Shown here: piece after piece, positions 8,907 to 16,500 of the stretch | Layout: each line of letters opens with the position of its first letter | Position numbering within the stretch: the stretch's first letter is position 1 | NCBI GenBank assembly: GCA_964035545.1 | Contig: CAXIUT010000224.1 | Coordinates: 1-16,500 of the forward strand | Direction of reading: 5' to 3' | Origin: Bugula neritina | Taxonomy: Eukaryota > Animalia > Bryozoa | DNA: 16,500 nt | The notes under the pieces: model-generated | The model's input: the letters and a program-made list of their open reading frames with translations, nothing else | Databases searched by the model: none | Told to the model about the DNA's origin: nothing | Position numbers and translations under genes: made by a program

Positions 8907-10130
8907 ATGAAAAAACTATCAGTCTAAGATGTACTTGATCAAAAAAATCCAAAAGATCTGATATAATAGTATGGATCTCCTCTTTATGTCTACAGTGAAA
9001 AGATACTCTAACAAAAAATCAAAAAGCTTTTAAAAGCAGCAAAAGGATTTTAGATAAGTTATGCACTAAAAGCAAACACCAATTCTTCAATTGTAAAACT
9101 AATCAGAAAATTAGGAGTAAAGAAAGTAGATGTAGTTTCACCAGGTTAGATATATAAAGCCTTATCATGTGGGTATTAACCAAAAGAGATAATGTATACA
9201 TAAAATTTTATATCGAGTTAATAGATAGAATATGCTTTAAAGAAAGGAATCACAATCAATGTTGGTGCTTTAGATACTCTGATAAATCATAAAGATAAAT
9301 TAAAAGGAAAAGACATTTTTGTAAGAATTAATCCTCAAATGGGTGCAGGGACAAGTTATCACGTCATTACTGGTGGACCACAAAGTAAATTTGGTGTTTA
9401 CTAATCTAGTATTGATAAGTTTATCTAAATAGCAAAGGAAAATGATATACATATCAAAGGACTTCATCAACATATTGGATCAAATCTTAAAAAAAAAGAT
9501 TAAGAAGTATTTTTGGAAACAACTGAATATATCTTTTCTTTGCTACCTAAGTTTGATGAAGTGACTACTGTCAATATTGGAGGGGGACTTGGAGTTAAAT
9601 ATAAAGAATAAGAAGAAATATCTGATCCTGAATAACTTTATGCTAAAGTGAGAGTAATGAAAAAAAGATGGGAATTAAAAATTGGTAGATAAATTAAAAT
9701 ATCAGTCTAACCTGGGAGATTTATAGTTGCTGATTGTGGGACACTTCTTTGTACTCTTACAGCTTGTAAATAAACTCCTTAAATGATATTTTTTGGAACT
9801 GATACTGGATTAAATCACTTGATTCGACCTGCTCTCTATGGATCTCATCATAATGTAATTAATTTAACAAATAATAAAGATTAAATAAAGAAAAAAGCTA
9901 CTATTTGTGGAAATATTTGCTAATCTTCAGATGTTTTAGCAAAAGATATTTAATTTAGTGGAAAATTTGGAGATATTTTAGGAATCTAAAACTCTGGAGC
10001 TTATGGATTTTGCATGAGTTCTAATTATAATGAAAGACCAAGACCAGCTGAAGTATTAATAAATCAATAAAATAAGAATATATTGATTAGAAAAAGATAA
10101 ACTTATGAAGACCTTTGCTAAAAATTATGA
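8907..10130 (+). CDS. lysA: Diaminopimelate decarboxylase (PLP-dependent), 407 aa, no intron needed; alternative in-frame ATG at 8874
   Basis: LIEEYGSPLYVY, YALKAN (PLP lysine), VDVVSPGE, VRINP, TGGPQSKFG, GLHQHIGS, NIGGGLG, EPGRFIVA, LIRPALYG, GNICESSD, GAYGFCMSSNYNERPRPAEV, RKRETYEDL. These motifs match LysA rather than ornithine decarboxylase. TGA at 10128-10130. Confidence 0.93.
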
Positions 10131-10169
10131 TAGTTATGAAGTTGATAAATTTATAAAAATTATTTGTTA

Positions 10170-11384
10170 TCAAGAGACAAAGGGTTTTCTATCCAAGTTG
10201 CAGAGGCCAAGGAAAAAGCCTTAGAGAAGATTGAAAGGATACATAACGTTTAGAATGAAGATATCTTCTGAAAACTTAGCGAACATTAAAGCAGCTTCTC
10301 CATGTTAGCTTTAAATAATCATATTTCTTGTCGAATTAATGATATTTTTTTCTTTGAAATCTAGCATTAATTTACCATCCTAGCCTTTTTCTGCTAGCCT
10401 TGTTGTAAATTTTTAAACTCTTTCGTATTAACATTTTTATTACACTGCTTTAAGATTGCTAAAACGATCTGTTTTATGTATAACTTGTTTTGGTTTCAAA
10501 ATAGATAGTTCTTGTTGATGAAATCCCAGTATATTAGATCGATATCCAATATAAGACACTTATTCTTCAACTGGATGTTCTTATTATTTCTTTTATACAG
10601 GTTCTATCTTTATAATCTATGAGATAAATCCTTTTTAGTTATGAATTTTCTTCATTAATTTGTATTAAGTTCTAGTCATATTAGATTTGATAGTCGCAAT
10701 ATTACCAATTATACCATTTTATTTTCTAAGAATATCTATGTGACTTGATATTTTGAATCCTGATTTTTTTGCTCTAAGAATGTGTCTTTTATCTTAAAGT
10801 AAATAAAGATCAAAAATGCTTTAAAGTGAAAAGAATTTATTACTTGTGATGATGACTAGACATTTAATCATTTTAGATTTAGGAATTGGGAAGGAAATTA
10901 AATCGTTTATGGTTGTTGATTTTAGTTGTTTCTTTGTTTTTAATGTTTCTAAATTATATTAGATATCTGAATTTTACTCTTAAGAAAAATCTTAGTTTTT
11001 AATTATTTATGACCTTATCATTTTCTAGGATGGTTATTATTAATACATTTTTGGTTTTTATTCAATTTTCTACTCATTTGTATTTTTGTACAGTTTTCTT
11101 AATGAAGATTGAGGAGAATATTAGAACTCCTATGATTCTTCATATTAAAAAACAAGTTAATTTTTATCATTTTCCTCATGATCTACTTTATTTACGACTT
11201 CTTGTTATCTAGGACTGGGTTCTGATGCTTGGTTTGTTGAATTTATATGACTTTTGTCCTTTTCCTCATGAATATCTGAGTTATTTTAGCTTGGCTGAAT
11301 CATTATAATTTGAGTTTATAAATGCTGAGGTTAGTTCTAAGTAATATTATCTGTTATGTTGACAGAAGGAGGTTAACTATTCAT
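10170..11384 (-). CDS. Tubby-like protein (divergent C-terminal Tubby domain, acidic disordered N-terminus), 404 aa
   Basis: ATG at 11384, TGA at 10170-10172. PIPKSKMIKC, FDLYL, IKSNMTRTEY, EVSYIGYRSNILGF, LDFKEKNIINSTRNM and LMFAKFSEDIFILNVMYPFNLLEGFFLGLCNLDRK follow the Tubby motif order. Confidence 0.82.
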
Positions 11385-11610
11385 ATTTGTGATTTGGATT
11401 ATTAATTGGGATAAAAGTTTAAAAATTTATTAGTAAATTCAATTGAAAATACTTTTCTTCTTTTTTAAATTAAATGATTAATCAAATGCATTATTTTTTA
11501 GATTTTTTGGGATAAAAAAGAAATCTAAAAGCTGAATATAAATGCGGTTATTTGATATAAATGGATTTTTTGATATTGAATAGATATAAGTTGTAATTAA
11601 TAGTTACATA

Positions 11611-13832
11611 ATGACCTAAATGTATGACTAATAAAGTCATAAACACTACAATACTAATCAACTAAGAAATAATATGATCAAAACTAAGAAGAATAGTATT
11701 CTTTATGATAGAGAGCAACTTTACGGATAAAATCTTTAACTAAGAACTAAAATTAAATAACTCATTGAGTTCAATACTAAAATTAAAACACAGTTATCAA
11801 TAACTTAAAAGTAAAAAGTTAATCTTTGTAATATTGCTGAAGATGAGGTTATTCATCCTAAATTAATACCAAGATCACAGTCCGGAAATGCCAGAAAATC
11901 TGGGACTAAAATCATGGCTCAAAGTGGTGCACAATCTGTTCTTAATAATACACTTCAAAAAGAGGTATTTTGATTGAAATGTAGAAACAAAATATGGCTT
12001 TAAAGAAGATGATTCGAGAACAGAATCTAGAGATATAAAAATTAAATAACTAAAATCAAAGACTGAAGAAAACAATGAAATATACGAGAATGACTGAAAT
12101 ATTGACAGAAAATAAAGAACTTATTGATTAAACTTTGAGATTGAAAGACATTATAGCTTAAAAAAAGGAAAATTAAGGAAAGTTATTATTATAATTCGGT
12201 GGATAAGTTGATTTTTTGAAAAAGAAGTTAAATTACTAACGAGACAGTGAAAAAAGAAATGGATATTAACTAAAAAAACAGTTAGATATGAATGCTGAAC
12301 TGAAGGAAAAGTTGACTGATATTGAAACTAAGAAGATATAAACTGAGAAAAGATTGAATAAATAAAATAAGGCATTGAGAAATTAGATAACTGAGTTGAA
12401 AACAAAAGTTTATTCTCAAACTGTTATTAAGAGTAAAGATTGTTAACGTGATGAGTGTAATAGAATAAAGAAAGAGAAGGCATAATTAAAAAGAAAGAAT
12501 TAATATTGTGAAAGATAGATTAAGAAACTTAAAGAATAAGCAACTTCTTTGAAGAGAAAATCTTTACATCAAAAATATTAAACTTAAAAGGTAGAACATG
12601 AAAGATCTGTATCAAAGAAGTCAGAAAATAAAAATAAATCTGTAAGAAAAGATACGAAAATTAATTTTACATAATCTCAACTTACATAGATGAAAGTTGA
12701 TACTAAAGATTAAAAAAAAGCAATATCAAATCATAAAGAAAAAGAGTTAAGTAATGTTTCTTTGTAAAAAAGTGATCAATCCAGAATAAAAAATGAAGAT
12801 AAAAAATAATAAAAAGGAAAGGAATCTTTTGTTAGTTTGCCATCTCCTAGTCAACCTTAAGTCGTTAAAAAATAAATAAAAAAAGAAGATAGTTATGAAT
12901 CTTATGATCTTTAAAGTTCAAATGAAAAATAATAAATTGTTGATAAAAAATAAAATAAAAAAGAAGAGAAAAAATAAAAATAATTATTAAAAGAAGATTC
13001 TGATGGATAATATTAATAGCTTGAATATGATGAATTTTTATCGAATTCTAAAGATGTTAAATAGTCTAAAAAATAAGCAAAATAAAACGATAAAAATCCC
13101 AAAAATGAGTCTAAAAAATCACTTAAAGAGCCTGAACAAAAAAAATAAGAGAAAGATAAAAAGAAGAAGTAAAAAAGTAAGAAAAAGTTAAAATAAGAAT
13201 ACGATGATTCTGATTAATAATTACTTTATAACTCGAAAAAAGAAAAATAAGTATAAAAAGTTGAATAAGGTGATAAAGCATAGTTGAAGGTCATAAAGGA
13301 AACTTTATATTACAAATTTTTGGCTCAAAATTATACTTATGACAATTTTTGTAAAGACATAAAGGAGAGTAAAATGACTCAATTTACTGTAACTGAAGTT
13401 ATGAATCTTCTCAGTGTTGAACCATTTTTACTTGATGATGTTCAAATATAAACAGTAATCATTTATTTATTCGAAACAACTGAATTGACTGGTAAAGAAA
13501 TAGTAACTTCTAAAGACTTCATGAAAAAGATGAAGAAATTTATCGGAAAAACTAAATCTATCAGTGAAGATTAATAACAATAATGTTTAACAGCTTTATT
13601 AGAAGTAATAAGACAAGATCTATTGGCTGATGACTAGATGAGTAAAATGTTTTAATAAAATGATCAAGGAGATGGTACATTGACATTATCGTCATTTAAG
13701 AAAGTGATGAAAAGATTTAAGATAAAAGATAAGGTGCTTGAATGTGCAATAGCACAGATAACTTTAGTTTCTCAGGATATAAATCATCTTAATTCTTAAT
13801 AGTTTTTAAAAAGATTTATGGAGTAATAGTGA
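11611..13832 (+). CDS. Coiled-coil protein with an IQCE-like N-terminal region, K/E-rich linker and degenerate C-terminal EF-hand, ~733 aa; alternative in-frame ATG at 11542
   Basis: Continuous frame under TAR=Glu with one 20-nt intron at 11965-11984 that removes an in-frame TGA. DREQLYGENLELRTKI and LKKTMKYTRMTEILTENKELIDETLRL resemble IQCE N-terminal motifs. MFEENDQGDGTLTLSSFKKVM is EF-hand-like. TGA at 13830-13832. Confidence 0.7.
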
Positions 13833-13874
13833 TTCAATCTATCATATATTTACTATTTAATAACTATAAATCAT

Positions 13875-15091
13875 ATGGAGCTAATCGCTTTGTTACTCAT
13901 TGTCTACTTCCTCATTGGAGCATGTATCTGCTTGCTGATATGTGTCAATCCCAATGACAAGGGTTTCTTAGGAGCTATGAATAGATTTTTCTTTAGAAAG
14001 TTTCCTACCTTGTTCAGGTAATGCATCAATTATTTAGTAATTTTATCAGAAGAGTTTTTGGGGAAACTGTTCTTAATTGTCTTGGAGGAGTTAAACATTA
14101 CTTAATGGAGACTAATCATCCAATTGTTCAGATATTCTATCTGGCTATTTCTCCTGGAGGGTACAATATACACTATTTAGATTTACGTGCTATCTAATCT
14201 ATGGTATTTTTAAACATATGCCCAATAATTAAGTATCTTCTACTCACGTGGTTCTTGCTAATTTTCTAGCTTTTGTTTGTTTCTGGGTTTACTACAAAGC
14301 CTGTGCGACTTCTCCTGGGCATATAACCTAAGAAAATTCACGAGAATATGTTAATAGGTTCAAAAACTACTATGATGGACTGATTTATAAGTAAAAAAAT
14401 CCTTGTAGAACTTGTAAATTTGATAAACCAGCCCGATCAAAACATTGTTCTATTTGTCAGATGTGTGTATCGAAGCATGATCATCACTGTATCTGGTACT
14501 TAATATACTATTTAGGATAAGACAGTGTGTAGGTTAGAAAAATTACAAATATTTTGTCTCATTTTTGTTTTTACATGCAATTTGGACTCTCTACTTGTCA
14601 TACATAGGCATTTTATCTTTAAGCGAATATATTAAAAGAATAAACTTCTATAATATGAAATTCAATATGGATGGAGTGATAGTTAAAGGTGATGGTTTGT
14701 TGGCTATTCAGGTATTTTATCATTTATTTAGTATCTTTTTTTGAGTGAAACTATATTCTTTTTTTTGATTGTTATGTGTGCTATAATGGGTTTTACTTTG
14801 TTTATTTTCGTTATGTATCATTTCTATTTGATTGGCAAAGGTCAAACAACAAATGAACGAGTCAAAAAAAATGATGATATTGAATACTATACGAAATAGC
14901 TAAAAGAAATCAAGAAGATAAAGGAGAAGTTTAAAGAAGGTGTTAATGAAATAGAATGGAGATAAAGTAGTGTAAATAGGGAAGATCTTTATCTATATGA
15001 AGAAAATTGTCAACGAAATAAAGCTACTTTGGAGAGAGTTATTGATAAAAAAGGATTTTTTGCCAGACTAGAAGATGTCTTCAAGGCTTGA
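13875..15091 (+). CDS. DHHC palmitoyl acyltransferase (Swf1/ZDHHC4-like), 378 aa
   Basis: [47 protein letters not shown] and QTTNE motifs, and transmembrane segments. Four 20-nt introns at 14018-14037, 14161-14180, 14496-14515 and 14712-14731. TGA at 15089-15091. Confidence 0.93.
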
Positions 15092-15151
15092 GATGTGAGT
15101 GTTATTCATACATTAAAATAATATACTGCTGTTGAACAATTACTTTAGTCA

Positions 15152-16247
15152 TCATTCTTACTAATTTGTTTCTTATTTTTTCTCCAACTATTATTTTTAT
15201 AATTCTTATTCTTCGTCTTCCTCTATCTTTTCTTCTTTTTCTTTTTCTTATTCAACTTATTAAACTTCTTCTTCTTTCTCATAATTATCAGCTGCTCCTT
15301 AGTCATCAACAAACAATCCTTTATCATAAATAAACAGTTCTCTTCCTGTCCTTAATTGACCTTTAGTTTTACCTTTCTTCTATTCTTCATCTTTCTTTTT
15401 CTTGCCATCTGCTTATTTACGCTTTTTTCTATCTTCTTTCCACTTCAAAAAGACCTCATATGTAACCAAAGGATCTGAATAAGGATATACGTACTTGATT
15501 TATTTTAGTTCATGAGTTTATTACGTTACTAGTCAATCTTTTATTCGATATTAATTTGTTCTTTTAGAATTTAATTTTTTCCTGCATCTTTTTTGAGTCG
15601 ATATCCTGGAGGAAGGCAATGTTTGTACTTACAACGATCTCCTCCATTAGGACAACTCCAATTCCATCCATATTTCTCTTTTTAACAGGCTTCCAGGAAG
15701 AACTTGCATACTATATCAGAACGGCAGCCTTTAACTATTTACCTTTCCTTTTAACCAATCATCTTACCCAGTTAGTCTTAACTGAGTTAACTTAGTTCTT
15801 TTCCTCCAATAGCATTCATAATTAACTGTGTTCTCTGGTCAACATAAAGATCGATTTCTTAAGTTCTGTCCATGGTTAGGTCATGAGAATAGATACATTT
15901 TTTTCCTTTTTGACAAAGTCCTTGTTTGAAGTAAGGACAGACGATATTAGCAGGATCTTATTAATCTGACTATTCTGCTTGTATTCGATTGACATCATGA
16001 TAGAGTGAGTTAAGTAGAGCTTTTTCTTACTCTTCTCTCTTTTTCATTTTTTTTTTCTCAAAAGCGTCTGCTTCAAGTTTACTCATGGCGACTCCTTGAT
16101 GTTTAACTGTTTGTTCTACTCCTTTAATATATCTGGATGATAAGATGGATACTTTTGAACTTGTTTACTTTTGTTTTTATTTTTGAGTCCGAACGTTCTA
16201 TCTTCTATAACTTTTTATTGTTTTTTCTTTTACGATTTTTTCGACAT
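15152..16247 (-). CDS. ZC3H15: Zinc finger CCCH protein 15 / Tma46 / DFRP1 homolog, 351 aa
   Basis: [104 protein letters not shown]. 20-nt introns at 16133-16152 and 15475-15494. TGA at 15152-15154. Confidence 0.93.
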
Positions 16248-16400
16248 TGAAGTGTTGAAATATAATAACAATATTCAAATATTTGTAAAAGAATTTACCT
16301 CAAAATAATCAAAATACTATCAAAAATTAAATAATTACTATTTAATCAATATCTTTTTAATATAAGATTGATATATCATTTAATCTTGTTCATATCCGAA

Positions 16401-16500
16401 TGGGGTTGGGGTTGGGGTTGGGGTTGGGGTTGGGGTTGGGGTTGGGGTTGGGGTTGGGGTTGGGGTTGGGGTTGGGGTTGGGGTTGGGGTTGGGGTTGGG
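16401..16500 (+). repeat. Telomere, (TTGGGG)n, right chromosome end
   Basis: Perfect array running to the window end (may be truncated by the window). Confidence 0.98.

Noticed and set aside
8907-10130. lysA as bacterial contamination or as an ornithine decarboxylase
   Set aside because: It uses TAR=Glu throughout. The YALKAN, RPALY, CES and SNYN motifs fit DAP decarboxylase rather than the KCN and GPTCD motifs of ODC.
1663-13191. The supplied six-frame ORFs as independent genes
   Set aside because: They were computed with TAA and TAG as stops. Nearly all are antisense or off-frame shadows of the real genes; 5695-5889 is only a fragment of the kinesin.
12600-13260. A-rich low-complexity tract as a repeat or non-coding element
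   Set aside because: Explained by Lys/Glu-rich coding (AAA, GAA, TAA) in a continuous reading frame.
143-16247. Pseudogene interpretation of the many in-frame TAA/TAG codons, or the standard ciliate UAR=Gln code
   Set aside because: TAR codons map consistently to conserved Glu positions in several unrelated families, and the frames are otherwise intact to a TGA.

Overview
Ciliate macronuclear DNA, AT-rich and very gene-dense, with Tetrahymena-type C4A2/G4T2 telomeric tracts at 1-81 and 16401-16500 and a third, internal tract at 8761-8841. Genes read through only if both TAA and TAG encode glutamate and TGA is the sole stop. This is the peritrich nuclear code (NCBI table 30), so the supplied ORF track consists of fragments and antisense shadows. 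By hand translation I find 12 CDS. Seven lie in the telomere-to-telomere segment 1-8841: a PUB+UBX protein, a TTLL3-type glycylase, a small hypothetical protein, kinesin-2, a 77-aa possible ubiquitin-like protein, a secreted hypothetical protein and an Arf-like GTPase. Five lie in 8842-16500: a diaminopimelate decarboxylase (LysA), a Tubby-like protein, an IQCE-like coiled-coil protein, a DHHC palmitoyltransferase and ZC3H15/Tma46. Fifteen tiny GTA...YAG introns are inferred (13 of 20 nt, 2 of 22 nt), with a nearly invariant A six nucleotides from the 3' end. Family assignments come from recalled motifs, not database searches.
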